DNA of 64,000 bases from Pirellulaceae bacterium (GCA_963781095.1 CAWAEA010000013.1:79081-143080), one strand, 5' to 3'. Positions 49,511 to 59,510 are shown, counted from the stretch's first letter. Numbers and translations: made by a program. Notes: a model not told the origin generated them from the sequence alone.

Positions 49511-51311
49511 TTCGCCCGGGCCTGAGTCGCCCCTTGAAATGGCGCCTATTTTGTTGTGGGACGATCATTCGCGAGCCGGTCGCCGGGTGATCGCGTGTTG
49601 TCCTCGAGTCCGCACGATCCGCGTCGACGTCGGCATGTCGATCGCTCAAGCGCACGAGATGTGCTTGGCGGCGGGTTTGGACGATGTCATCATCGAGCGG
49701 CACGATCCTCTGCTCGATCGGCAATCGCTCGACCAGGTCGCGTGGTGGATGCAGCAAACGATCACGCCGACGGTGGCCATCGAAACGCTCGACGATCATC
49801 CTTGGGCCGGCCACCCCCGACATCAATGCGAGTCATTGATCGGTGACGTCGCAGGCGTGACTCATTTGTTCGGCGGCGAGGCGGGGACGTTGGCCAAGGT
49901 GACAGACTTGTTGGCTTGGTTGGGTCTTGCCGGGCGATTAGCGATCGCGGATTCGATCGGCGCCGCTTGGGCGGTCTCGCACGGTCGGATCGCCAAATCG
50001 CACTCGCACGAGGACCGCTGTTTCATCGTTCCGCCGGGCCAGAATCGGTCGGCGATCGAAGACTTAAACGTTTCGGTGCTAAGGATTGCACCGGAGACTC
50101 GTGAGACGTTGGGTCGGTTGGGAGTGGAGACCGTCGGTCATTTATTGAGACTGCCCCGCAGCGGCATTGCACCCCGATTGGGCATCGCCCTGGTTCGCCG
50201 GATCGAACACGTGCTCGGCGAAGTCGATGAGCCGATGTTGGCGTTTCGCCCCGAATCGGAGTACGTCGAAAGCTTGGTGCTGGAATACCCGACCACCGAT
50301 GCCGCGATCTTGACCGATCGGATCGAGGGACTGAGCGTCAAGGTGAGGGCGGGCTTGGCGACACACCAGCGTGGGGCACTACGCATGGCATGTCGCCTGG
50401 ATCTTTCGATCCACCCGCCGCTAACCCTTGACGTCGGTCTGTTCGCGCCGTCCGCGGACGCAAAACACTTGAGCGGACTTCTGATTCATCGTTTCGAACA
50501 AATTCGGTTGCGTTCGGATGTCACGGCCATCACCTTGTCGGCGACCCTGACCGGTCCGCTCCGCACCGTCCAAACTTCTCTCTTCGATTCGATGGTCGAT
50601 GATGGCGGAATCAACGATGGTGGGATGAACCACTCACCAAACTCTAGTTCATTGACTAGTAACTCGTTGCTGAGCGGGTCATCGATCAGTCGGTTGATCG
50701 ATTCGCTCAGCGGTCGACTCGGGCGTGGTGCCGTCGTCGACGTCAAACTCTGTCGCGATCCGCTACCGGAAAGCTCTTACCAAACAACTCCCTTGGCTGG
50801 CAATCATCATTCGGGAAACCGGCATGCGAGCCTCGGGTACGCTGGGTACGCTGGGTACGCTCAAAAATTCAAACGACAAATCTCTCGCCATCGTCGATCG
50901 ATTCAAAATCACGCTGCCCCACCCGATCAAAAAGTAAACTCTCAAACCTTAACTCCGTTGCCGACCGACGCGATGCGACGACCGGTGGCCTTGCTGACTA
51001 CGCCGACACCCATGTGGATCGGATTTGGCAATTCGCCTTTTTCCCGCGAGACGCGATCGAATTCGCTGCCCGACCGATTGCGAATTTACGGATTGACTCA
51101 CGCCGTTGTCCGATCTTGGGGTCCGGAACGGATCGAAACCGGTTGGTGGAAAGGCCCTTCCATCAATCGCGATTACTACCGAGTCGAAACCGATCGAAAT
51201 CAATGGCTGTGGATCTTTCGTCAAACGATTCCGAGCGAGTGCGACAAATCAAAAGCTGATTCGCGACAACCATCGACTTATCAATGGATGTTGCACGGCC
51301 ACTTCGCCTGA
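49380..51311 (+). CDS. imuB: ImuB, inactive Y-family polymerase
   Basis: LCVWLPNWPIQR, AIADSIGAAWA, GPERIETGWW, RDYYRVE, WMLHGHFA. Confidence 0.9.
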   Translation: MKRQLCVWLPNWPIQRRRLVDQAPTELIHPKANNASTTNNAEPDSPGPESPLEMAPILLWDDHSRAGRRVIACCPRVRTIRVDVGMSIAQAHEMCLAAGLDDVIIERHDPLLDRQSLDQVAWWMQQTITPTVAIETLDDHPWAGHPRHQCESLIGDVAGVTHLFGGEAGTLAKVTDLLAWLGLAGRLAIADSIGAAWAVSHGRIAKSHSHEDRCFIVPPGQNRSAIEDLNVSVLRIAPETRETLGRLGVETVGHLLRLPRSGIAPRLGIALVRRIEHVLGEVDEPMLAFRPESEYVESLVLEYPTTDAAILTDRIEGLSVKVRAGLATHQRGALRMACRLDLSIHPPLTLDVGLFAPSADAKHLSGLLIHRFEQIRLRSDVTAITLSATLTGPLRTVQTSLFDSMVDDGGINDGGMNHSPNSSSLTSNSLLSGSSISRLIDSLSGRLGRGAVVDVKLCRDPLPESSYQTTPLAGNHHSGNRHASLGYAGYAGYAQKFKRQISRHRRSIQNHAAPPDQKVNSQTLTPLPTDAMRRPVALLTTPTPMWIGFGNSPFSRETRSNSLPDRLRIYGLTHAVVRSWGPERIETGWWKGPSINRDYYRVETDRNQWLWIFRQTIPSECDKSKADSRQPSTYQWMLHGHFA

Positions 51312-51879
51312 TTCTGGCCTTCCTTTTCGTTTCGTCCTCCAAAAAAAATTGATCATTCGTCCGCGGACGTTTAGTGAACGCTCATGCATTCGATTTCGGC
51401 AGATTACTCCAAGAAAACAAAATAGGGCTCTTGTCCAGCGGTTTTCTGGAACTTTTTGTAATTCGAGAATGCGAGCATCCTTGGCCGGCGTCGCGGCCGG
51501 GAAGACGACGACATCCGGGTGGGATTGTTCCCGCCACTAGGCCCATTTAACGCGACGGTATGTCGCCTAAAGATCCGTCAACGTCCCGCACGTCGAATCG
51601 CGCCGCGACTCTCTGGTCGGGCAAACTCGCGAAACATCGGAAATAAATATCGGTTGCCGGAAATCGAAGCGCGGCTTAAATTGACACTTGCTTCGAGCCG
51701 GGATGCGCCATGAAGGTGCCGGAGAGGTTCGAAACGTAATTTGGGGAGTCAATGACGAGTCCCGAAATTGCTAGAGGACGTCACAGCTCGATGGTTCTGT
51801 GACCAGACGGTTTCTCGTTCTCTGGTCAGCCATCGGATGCTGAATCGGACGAGGAGCTCATCGCAGGAAGCCCCTTTCC

Positions 51880-52767
51880 ATGTTGGTTCTCTCTCGTCGC
51901 GCCGAACAGCAGATCGTTTTTCCAAATTTAGGAGTTCGGCTGCGGATTCTTGAAGTCCGGGGTCGAATCGTGAAGGTCGGCATTGAAGCTCCTTCCGATA
52001 TCAAGATTCTTCGCGAAGAAGTGCTCGGACTGGCGGCCGATGGCGACGCTCGGCCGAGTCAGGCGGCCCCGGAGCTCATCGAACTGCCCCTCACGATCGA
52101 ATCCGAAGAGGAGGTCGAGCATCGTCGCCGCAACGAGTTGAATGTGTTGCAGCTTAGGCTCGATTCAATTCAGCGGCGTATCGACGGCGGTGAATCGATT
52201 GATTCGGCAATGGTCATCGATTTTCTTTCTGGCAATCCGTCGCCTGCGGCGCCCAACCGGCCAAAAGCTCCATTGTCCACTGCCACGCACCCGAATGATC
52301 CCAAGCCACGGAGTACCGCGGCTCCGAGCGTCCCGATCCGGTTGCTGGTGGTCGAGGATTCAGACAATGAACGCGGCTTGATGACCTATTTGTTGGCCGC
52401 CGAAGGATTTGTCGTTCACGTCGCTCGCGATGGCGCCGAAGCGTACGAGCAATTGCATCAATGGAACACGCTACCCGACGTGGTATTAATGGACATGCAC
52501 ATGCCGTTGTACAACGGCTTGGACGCACTGCGGCGGATTCGCGAGGACGATCGGATGCAATCGCTTTGCGTTTACGCGGTCACGGGATCGCAACGCAATG
52601 TGGACGACGAGCCGGTCGGCCGTGGCTGGGACCGTTGGTTCTCGAAACCTGTCAATTTTGCTGAGTTGGTGGCCTCGATTCGTACGGATGTCCAGCAAGC
52701 GAGGTCCGCCCGCCCGTCGCTGGCGGCACTAGGCTCCGACGCGACGGGAGAGTTGAAATGTCATTAG
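51880..52767 (+). CDS. CsrA-domain / response-regulator receiver fusion
   Basis: N-terminus MLVLSRR...VKVGIEAPSDIKILREEV; C-terminus LLVVED...VVLMDMHMP...SKPV. Confidence 0.9.
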   Translation: MLVLSRRAEQQIVFPNLGVRLRILEVRGRIVKVGIEAPSDIKILREEVLGLAADGDARPSQAAPELIELPLTIESEEEVEHRRRNELNVLQLRLDSIQRRIDGGESIDSAMVIDFLSGNPSPAAPNRPKAPLSTATHPNDPKPRSTAAPSVPIRLLVVEDSDNERGLMTYLLAAEGFVVHVARDGAEAYEQLHQWNTLPDVVLMDMHMPLYNGLDALRRIREDDRMQSLCVYAVTGSQRNVDDEPVGRGWDRWFSKPVNFAELVASIRTDVQQARSARPSLAALGSDATGELKCH

Positions 52768-54464
52768 CCGCAGCGGTGCCCGATACCACACCGGGGCGGT
52801 GGAACTCGCAAACTTGGGTGAGCAACGGGCGTCGCTACGCGACCGCATTGGTCAGTACGCTCGTGGTGGTTTGGGTGCGAATGATGCTGCACCCGTGGTT
52901 GAACGAGGAATGCCCGTTTAGCCTGTTTTACTTGAGCGTTTTGTTGACGGCATGGATGGTGGGGACCGGACCGGCCGTCTTCGCGATTGGATTGGGCACT
53001 TTGTCGGCGGCTCATTTCTTCATTCCTCCGGCCTCGAGCCTGTTGATCGAAAGTGTTCCTGATCTGGTTCAATTGATGATCTACTTGTTTGTCAATTGCG
53101 TCGCAATTTACCTGTTCGACCGCGCGGAGCGGCAACGTTCGCTTGCGGAGAATCGTTCTCGCGAGAACGAGCGTCTCAGCAACGACCTTCGCCAAGCGGA
53201 TGTTCGCAAGGACGAATTTCTGGCTCTGCTGGCTCACGAGCTACGCAATCCGCTCGCCCCAATTCGTTCAAGCCTCGCACTGCTCGAACGAAAGGACTCA
53301 CCGGAGGTTGCTCGGCGGATGCGTGACATCATCCAACGGCAAACCGGTCACCTTGTTCGGATCACGGACGACCTATTGGATGTCTCACGTTTTTGTCGCG
53401 GCAAGGTGGAATTGAAGATTTGCCGAATGGATCTTCGATTGGCGGTCGATGACGCCGTGGAAATGATCGAATGCTCGTTTCAATCCAAATATCAAAGATT
53501 GAGCAAATTGATTCCCTCGGAACCGATTTGGGTGGATGGCGATCGTGTGCGGTTGGCACAATTGACCGCAAACCTGTTGGGCAATGCGTCGAAGTACACG
53601 CCCGATTCGGGTCGGATCACGCTGAATGTCGAGCAGATCGATGACACGGTTTCGATCACGGTCAGCGACAACGGAATCGGATTTGATGCGTCTCACGCCG
53701 ATCGAATCATCGACCCGTTTGTCCAGATCGACACCAGCCGGACGCGGGAATATGGCGGCTTGGGCGTGGGTTTGACGATCGTGGATCGTTTGATATCGCT
53801 GCATCATGGCACCCTTGCCGCGTTCAGCCGCGGTCCCGGTATGGGCAGTCGTTTTACCGTCACGCTCCCAGCGGCCATCGACGCCCGGCTCAATGCTGGT
53901 CCGAATACCCAGCTCAATGCTGGTCCGAATTCCCAGCCCAATGTCACCACGAAGTCGCGTGACCAAGCGGATTCGGACGAGACGTTCGATGCCTCGTGCG
54001 ATGCGGCCAAGGCGACGTTCTTGAATGGTTCCCATTGCCCGGCGGTGGACCCGCAACGAGGCAGGACGTTGCTATTGGTCGAAGACAACGTCGATGCCTC
54101 CGCCATCTTGATCGAACTGCTCGAGAGCGAGGGGTTTTGTGTTCATCCGGCATACGACGGAATTGAAGCAATCCAGAAAGCGGTCGTGGTCCGACCCGAA
54201 GTGATCATCATGGACATCGGGTTGCCGGGGATGGACGGCTACGAGACGGCGCGTCGGATTCGCCGGCTGCCGGAATTGGCGAGCTGCAAGCTGGTGGCGC
54301 TGACCGGCTGGGGAGCGCAGGCGGATCGCGAGATGGCCATCGAAGCGGGGTTTGATTTGCATTTGACCAAGCCGGTCGCGTTTCGTGAGCTGCTCGAAAC
54401 GGTAGAATCGATGATCAAGCTAAGAAGTGAGGTCGACGTTTCACCGCGTGCGTCGATGGTTTGA
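52758..54464 (+). CDS. Hybrid sensor histidine kinase (DUF4118-like membrane sensor, HisKA, HATPase, REC)
   Basis: LAHELRNPL, NLLGNASKY, DNGIG, GGLGVGL, REC 'IMDIGLPGMDG'. Confidence 0.93.
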   Translation: MSLAAAVPDTTPGRWNSQTWVSNGRRYATALVSTLVVVWVRMMLHPWLNEECPFSLFYLSVLLTAWMVGTGPAVFAIGLGTLSAAHFFIPPASSLLIESVPDLVQLMIYLFVNCVAIYLFDRAERQRSLAENRSRENERLSNDLRQADVRKDEFLALLAHELRNPLAPIRSSLALLERKDSPEVARRMRDIIQRQTGHLVRITDDLLDVSRFCRGKVELKICRMDLRLAVDDAVEMIECSFQSKYQRLSKLIPSEPIWVDGDRVRLAQLTANLLGNASKYTPDSGRITLNVEQIDDTVSITVSDNGIGFDASHADRIIDPFVQIDTSRTREYGGLGVGLTIVDRLISLHHGTLAAFSRGPGMGSRFTVTLPAAIDARLNAGPNTQLNAGPNSQPNVTTKSRDQADSDETFDASCDAAKATFLNGSHCPAVDPQRGRTLLLVEDNVDASAILIELLESEGFCVHPAYDGIEAIQKAVVVRPEVIIMDIGLPGMDGYETARRIRRLPELASCKLVALTGWGAQADREMAIEAGFDLHLTKPVAFRELLETVESMIKLRSEVDVSPRASMV

Positions 54465-54480
54465 ACCATTGGCGAGGTCC

Positions 54481-56310
54481 ATGACGAGCGAGATAACGGC
54501 GACGAAAAAAGTTCATCAGATCTTAAAAGAGGTTTGGGGATACGACGCGTTTCGACCCTTGCAAGAGGAATCGATCGATTGCGTGTTGAGCGGCCGCGAT
54601 TCGTTGACGGTGTTGCCCACCGGCGGCGGAAAATCGTTGTGCTTTCAAGTCCCCGCCCTGGCACTCGACGCGATGGCCGTGGTTGTCTCGCCACTGATCT
54701 CGTTGATGAAAGATCAAGTCGATGCGTTATGCGCTTGCGGAGTGTCGGCTGCCTACGTCAACAGCACTCAAACCGACGACGAGAAACGCCTGGTCGCTGA
54801 TCGCATCCGCTCGCGTGAGCTGAAACTGTTGTACCTAGCTCCCGAGCGATTGCTGAGTCCCAAGACGCTCGACTTTTTGTGTCGTCAACCGATCTCATTC
54901 TTTGCAATTGACGAAGCCCACTGCATCAGCAATTGGGGTCATGACTTTCGGCCCGAGTATCGAGGGCTGCGATCATTGAAAGATCGCTTTCCGGGGATTT
55001 CGATTCACGCGTTTACCGCGACCGCATCCGGCCCGGTTCGCGACGACATTGCGGACCAATTGGGGTTAGATCGTCCCGAGATCATTGTCGGAAATTTCGA
55101 CCGACCCAATTTGACGTATCGCATGTTGCGGGCGGAGGGTCGACTGCGGCAGGTCATGGATGTGGTGGAGCGGCATAAAGGCGAGTCAGGCATCATTTAT
55201 TGCATCAGCCGCAAAGAGGTCGAGAAGACCGCTGAGGCCCTGGTTCAAACGGGCGTCGTCGCGCTGCCCTATCACGCCGGTCTCGAAGACGAAACGCGCA
55301 AGGCGAACCAGGACGCATTCATCAAAGACCAGTGCGATGTCATTGTGGCCACGGTCGCGTTCGGGATGGGGATCGACAAGTCGAATGTGCGTTACGTCGT
55401 TCACGCGGGGATGCCGAAATCGATCGAACATTACCAACAAGAGAGCGGTCGCGCGGGCCGAGATGGTTTGGAATCCGAGTGTGTCCTGTTCTACTCCGGC
55501 GGCGATGTCGTGACGTGGAAAAAAATCATTTCGTGTGATCGAAGCTCGTATGATTCCGCATTGGTATCGCTCGAGGCGATGTTTCGGGTTTGCGCCTCGG
55601 CGGTGTGTCGGCACCGGATGTTGGTGGAGCACTTCGGCCAAAGTTATGCGACCGACAATTGCGGCGGTTGCGACGTTTGCCTGGACGAAATCGATCTGGT
55701 CGATGACCCGATCACCGTCAGCCAGAAAATTCTCTCATGCGTGCTTCGACTGCGTGAGCGATTCGGTCTCGCGCACACCGCCAAGGTGCTTTGCGGTTCA
55801 AGCGAACAACGGATTCGCGAACTCGGTCACGACAAACTCAGCACCTTCGCGTTGCTCGCCGACGACGGCTTGCCTGCGGTGCGAATGTGGATCGATCAAC
55901 TGGTCCAGCAAGGCTTCCTGTGCCGAACGGGTGAGTACCAGACGCTCGGATTGACCGAGACGGGACGACGGTTGCTGCATCGCGACGGAATGGTTCGTTT
56001 GTCGATAGCGACTGCGACGGGGAAATCAAAACCGCGGTCGAGTCAATCGACTCAAGAATCGTGGGAGGGTGTCGATCGAGGTCTATTCGAAACACTGCGC
56101 GAACTCCGGCGTGAACTGGCGTCCGCTCGCAACGTCCCCGCTTACGTCGTGTTCAATGACGCAACGCTACGCGAGTTCGCCCGGCATCGTCCTCGTACCC
56201 TGGCGAAATTCGCCATGATCAAAGGAGTCGGCGAACGAAAACGCGAGGACTTCGGCGACGCATTCGTCGAAGGCATCCAACAGTACTGTCGCGAACTCGG
56301 TCTCGAGTGA
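54481..56310 (+). CDS. recQ: ATP-dependent DNA helicase RecQ
   Basis: PTGGGKS, DEAHC, WGHDFRPEY, QESGRAGRDG, Zn motif, RQC, HRDC (VPAYVVFND). Confidence 0.97.
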   Translation: MTSEITATKKVHQILKEVWGYDAFRPLQEESIDCVLSGRDSLTVLPTGGGKSLCFQVPALALDAMAVVVSPLISLMKDQVDALCACGVSAAYVNSTQTDDEKRLVADRIRSRELKLLYLAPERLLSPKTLDFLCRQPISFFAIDEAHCISNWGHDFRPEYRGLRSLKDRFPGISIHAFTATASGPVRDDIADQLGLDRPEIIVGNFDRPNLTYRMLRAEGRLRQVMDVVERHKGESGIIYCISRKEVEKTAEALVQTGVVALPYHAGLEDETRKANQDAFIKDQCDVIVATVAFGMGIDKSNVRYVVHAGMPKSIEHYQQESGRAGRDGLESECVLFYSGGDVVTWKKIISCDRSSYDSALVSLEAMFRVCASAVCRHRMLVEHFGQSYATDNCGGCDVCLDEIDLVDDPITVSQKILSCVLRLRERFGLAHTAKVLCGSSEQRIRELGHDKLSTFALLADDGLPAVRMWIDQLVQQGFLCRTGEYQTLGLTETGRRLLHRDGMVRLSIATATGKSKPRSSQSTQESWEGVDRGLFETLRELRRELASARNVPAYVVFNDATLREFARHRPRTLAKFAMIKGVGERKREDFGDAFVEGIQQYCRELGLE

Positions 56311-56383
56311 GCGACGGCAACGTTCGAACCCTAGCACCGACCGGGCGCCTGCATCTCGTAGCAAGAGCACGTTGGTAGCATCT

Positions 56384-56419
56384 ACTCCAACGAAGCCGCG
56401 TTCTTTCGAACGCGGAAAG
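56384..56419 (-). CRISPR. Single orphan CRISPR repeat (type I-G-like)
   Basis: Minus strand CTTTCCGCGTTCGAAAGAACGCGGCTTCGTTGGAGT: 36 nt, CCGCGTTC-GAAA-GAACGCGG stem, near-TTGAAG 3' end, ~170 bp downstream of cas1. Confidence 0.7.
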
Positions 56420-56592
56420 GGTTCTTGGTCTTTATCAAGAATTGTCCGGGTTTGATGGCTGGTTTGCGAGTGGGGGTGCTTTGGTGGCATTTGGAGTATT
56501 CAAATCAGGGGCGGGAGTTGTTCCTTTTCGTTGGATTTTACGGGCTCGCGAGCGGGGGACGGGATTTTGTCGCCGCCTCGCCGCTCGCGGGG
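56420..56592 (-). promoter_or_regulatory. Putative CRISPR leader
   Basis: Noncoding stretch between the cas1 stop and the repeat, with a GCGAGCG...CGCTCGC inverted motif. Confidence 0.55.
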
Positions 56593-57335
56593 CTACCTTG
56601 TTTGAAAAACGGGATAGTCCGCGATCTCCCCGCTCAGGCGGCGGGCCAGCAGTCGGGTTTGGATTTCCAGCAGGCGTCGGTAGCTGACTCGGTATTCGAA
56701 CAGGGGATGCGTGACCAATGAGTCCATCCGCTTTTCATAGGCTAACAAAAAGTGCTTTCGTCCCGTATCGCTCATCACGACGGATTGACCAGCTTGAATG
56801 AAGTGATCGGGAGTCACCATTCGTGTGTTGATCGCTGACAGAACGACCGAATCGGCGATCAGCAGGCGGAAGGGTTCCATCATGTCCAGCGCAAGTGCTG
56901 GTTTACCAGGTTTGACTTGATGATAGAAACCCAAATGCGGATCGAGTCCGACGGTAGCCGCGGCGACCAAACAATCTTTGGTCAGCAGACTGTACGCGAG
57001 CGAGAGCATCGCGTTGACGGGATCGCGCGGCGGGCGCCGGTTGCGGCCGCGAAAGTCGAATGCCGGTGTCGACTTTGCCAACGCTTCACCTGATGCGGCT
57101 GAACTCAGGGCACAATCCACCTTCAACATTCCGGCGAAGTCACCGAAGTAGATTCGCGCGGCGGTGCCCTCGATGCCCAGCAGCGTTGCAAGCGAATCCG
57201 CTTCCAGTGCGCGATTGGGAAATCGTTTGAGCTGGCGCAGCGATTGACTGCTCGGTTCGCGATGGTTTCGCATCAGCAGCGTGCGTTGATTGCGGATCTT
57301 GCCGTGAACGATCTGACGCGCCAAGGTACAATGGG
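56593..57335 (-). pseudogene. cas1: 5'-truncated Cas1 (C-terminal part, resembling type I-G Cas4-Cas1 fusions)
   Basis: GKIRNQRTLL, LLGIEGTAARIYF, RNRRPPRDPVNAMLS, GFYH, LALDMMEPFR, SYRRLLEIQ; N-terminal domain absent. Confidence 0.9.
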
Positions 57336-57367
57336 TACCCACGCAAGTCCTCCAGGGTAATTCGCCG

Positions 57368-57907
57368 ATGACCGCCGCCAAGAAATATTTGCCGCACTAC
57401 ACCGTCGAGGACTATTCGCGGTGGGAAGGCGACTGGGAGTTGTGGGACGGAATCGCGATCTCGATGGCTCCAGATCCGTTTGGACGCCACCAGGAGTTGC
57501 TCTTCGATTTAGCCGTGATGCTGCGGGAGGCGTTGATTGAAGCCAACTGCAATGCAAAAGCTGTCACCGACCTCGACTGGATCGTCAGCCACAACACCGT
57601 TGTGCGCCCCGACGTCTCGGTCGTTTGTGGCAGAATCCCTGAGCGTCACCTCGAAACGACACCTGCGCTGGTCGTCGAAGTGCTTTCCGAATCCACTCGC
57701 GACCGAGACCGAACTTTCAAACGCGACTTGTATGAATCGCAGGGCGTCGCGGTCTACATGCTGGCCGACCCCGAAACGCGGGCGACCGAAGTGCTGGTAC
57801 GAAACCTGGCTGGCAAGTACGAAGCGGCGATTGCAAACGACGACGGCACAGTGTCGCTAACGTTCTGTGGAGAATGCCGGATCACGTTGGACCTGCAATC
57901 GCTCTAA
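57368..57907 (+). CDS. Uma2 (DUF820) PD-(D/E)xK endonuclease-family protein
   Basis: WELWDG, VVRPDVSVVC, LVVEVLSEST, KRDLY. Confidence 0.92.
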   Translation: MTAAKKYLPHYTVEDYSRWEGDWELWDGIAISMAPDPFGRHQELLFDLAVMLREALIEANCNAKAVTDLDWIVSHNTVVRPDVSVVCGRIPERHLETTPALVVEVLSESTRDRDRTFKRDLYESQGVAVYMLADPETRATEVLVRNLAGKYEAAIANDDGTVSLTFCGECRITLDLQSL

Positions 57908-59078
57908 CCGATTTCCAGATTCATGATTCGCTTCATGAAACCGTCGAACAACGGCACCGTGAACGCGATGTCGCCGTGAGCGGGGCTGTACGCCATTCCT
58001 TTGCGGATCAACGAGCTGCGCGTTGGCGCGAGCGTCGATACTTTGCGTTGGAGCAAGTCGGAAACGTCTCCGCTGCGATGCGGCCCAGGTCCCAGTTCGG
58101 CCATCGCCCGCATGTAACGTTTTTCAAGGGGTGTGAGCCGATCAAAACGAACGCGAAAGAAGCTTGTGTCAAGCTGAGCGATGGCGGTTTCGGTTGCCGT
58201 GTAGGCGTCGGCAAGCGTGATCGGAGATTGGCTGGCGATTCGCCAACAATGCTGACCCCATTCCTGTAAGAAATACGGATAGCCCTGCGTTGCTGAAATG
58301 ATCTCGTTGACCGCTTCTGGGGCGTAGTCCACACCTTGATTGGCGGCTGGCAGGATGATGGCGTTGCGAGCGTCATCCGGCTGCAGCGGCCCGATCGTTT
58401 GAAACTCAAACAACCGTTCGGCATACGATTTTGCTTTACCCATCTGACCGAGCAATTGAGGCAACCCCGCCGCAAACATCGTCACGGGAAGTTGAGCCTG
58501 ATTGGCGCGGTGCAGCGCCGCAATCAGGGCCGCCAATTGGTCCTCATCCACATATTGAAGCTCGTCGATGAACAGCGACAGCACGGTTTTGTTGTCGGCG
58601 GCGTGTTGTCCGAGCAGAATCAGCAGTTCGCCGAGATCATTTTCGAGGTCGCCACTGTCGGCAATACCCACGCTCGGTTGCAGGTCGACCGAAAACTCGA
58701 TGTCCTCGAACTTCAACTTGAACACTTTGGCGAAAGACGCCAAGCCGCCGAGCACCTTCTGCATCTCGGCTTTGGCCGCCGACGTCCGGCTGACACGAAT
58801 CAGGCTACTGCGCAGCGACGGCAGTAGCATGGCAGGCAACGATCGACCCTCGGACGCCTCGATAGGCACACTGAACGCACCGCCCGCTTCGGCATCCAAT
58901 CGCATCTTATTGAGCAGAACCGTCTTGCCGACCCCGCGCAGTCCGAACTGCGAGCCGACAACCCGCCGCGAATCCGATCGAAGGCTATCGCGGCTGATTC
59001 GACAAGCTCGTCGCGACCGGCAAGTTCCGGCGGCGGCGTCCCGGCGCGGGGAGCGTAGGGGTTGAGTCGAGGGTCCAT
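57904..59078 (-). CDS. AAA/STAND-like ATPase with C-terminal winged helix, frameshift near 58945
   Basis: N-terminus MDPRLNPYAPRAGTPPPELAGRD (ORF 58800..59096), then GLRGVGKT, LFIDELQ, GYPYFLQ, 'RSSLIRKGM'. Confidence 0.85.
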
Positions 59079-59086
59079 ATCTAGCC

Positions 59087-59129
59087 AAGTTATCAAAGGT
59101 TATCGAAATCCGATAACCCATGATAACTT
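59087..59129. promoter_or_regulatory. 43-bp inverted repeat (putative operator) upstream of the ATPase
   Basis: AAGTTATCAaaGGTTATCG-aaatc-CGATAACCcaTGATAACTT, 17 of 19 positions paired. Confidence 0.7.
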
Positions 59130-59403
59130 CTGTATAAACCAAGTCAGTCAGCTCCTGGAAACCAAGAAAAATGTTATTTCTAGCGAATTTCACCCCTCGT
59201 CGAGGGACGCCACATGGATGAACGCAAAGGAACAAAGTTCCTTCGACGAAGTTATTTTGATCCTTCACGCTAATCCCCCACGAAGAACGCGCCAGGCATT
59301 CTTAGAAACACTAGCATAACTTTCGCGTCTTTCGTGCCTTTCGCGGTTGTTCGGAACCGGATGTTAGTGGCGATTAGCGAGAAGTGGAAAGTCGCGTGCT
59401 CGC

Positions 59404-59469
59404 ATCCTGTCGCTCAAGTCGATCCTGTCCAACGCCGGGGCTAGACAGGATCAACATGAACGACAGGAT
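59404..59469. repeat. 26-bp-arm inverted repeat built from ATCCTGTC/GACAGGAT units
   Basis: ATCCTGTCGctcaagtcGATCCTGTC-N14-GACAGGATCaacatgaaCGACAGGAT. Confidence 0.75.
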
Positions 59470-59510
59470 TTCAATGACAACCAGGTTGAGAATGAGCGGC
59501 AGGGCAAGTG

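Noticed and set aside
53885-53945. 24-bp coding duplication in the kinase linker (LNAGPNTQ/LNAGPNSQ); similar short repeats near 41730, 50831, 19711 and 42541
   Set aside because: Ordinary slippage in linkers or spacers with no sign of function
56311-56383. Possible second, decayed CRISPR repeat (GTTCGAA...CGTTG on the minus strand)
   Set aside because: Only short matches and wrong spacing; cannot be called an array
59079-59319. N-terminal extension of ORF 57904..59268 and ORF 59062..59319
   Set aside because: The extension results from the frameshift; the true ATPase N-terminus is in another frame at 59078, and the region holds the palindrome
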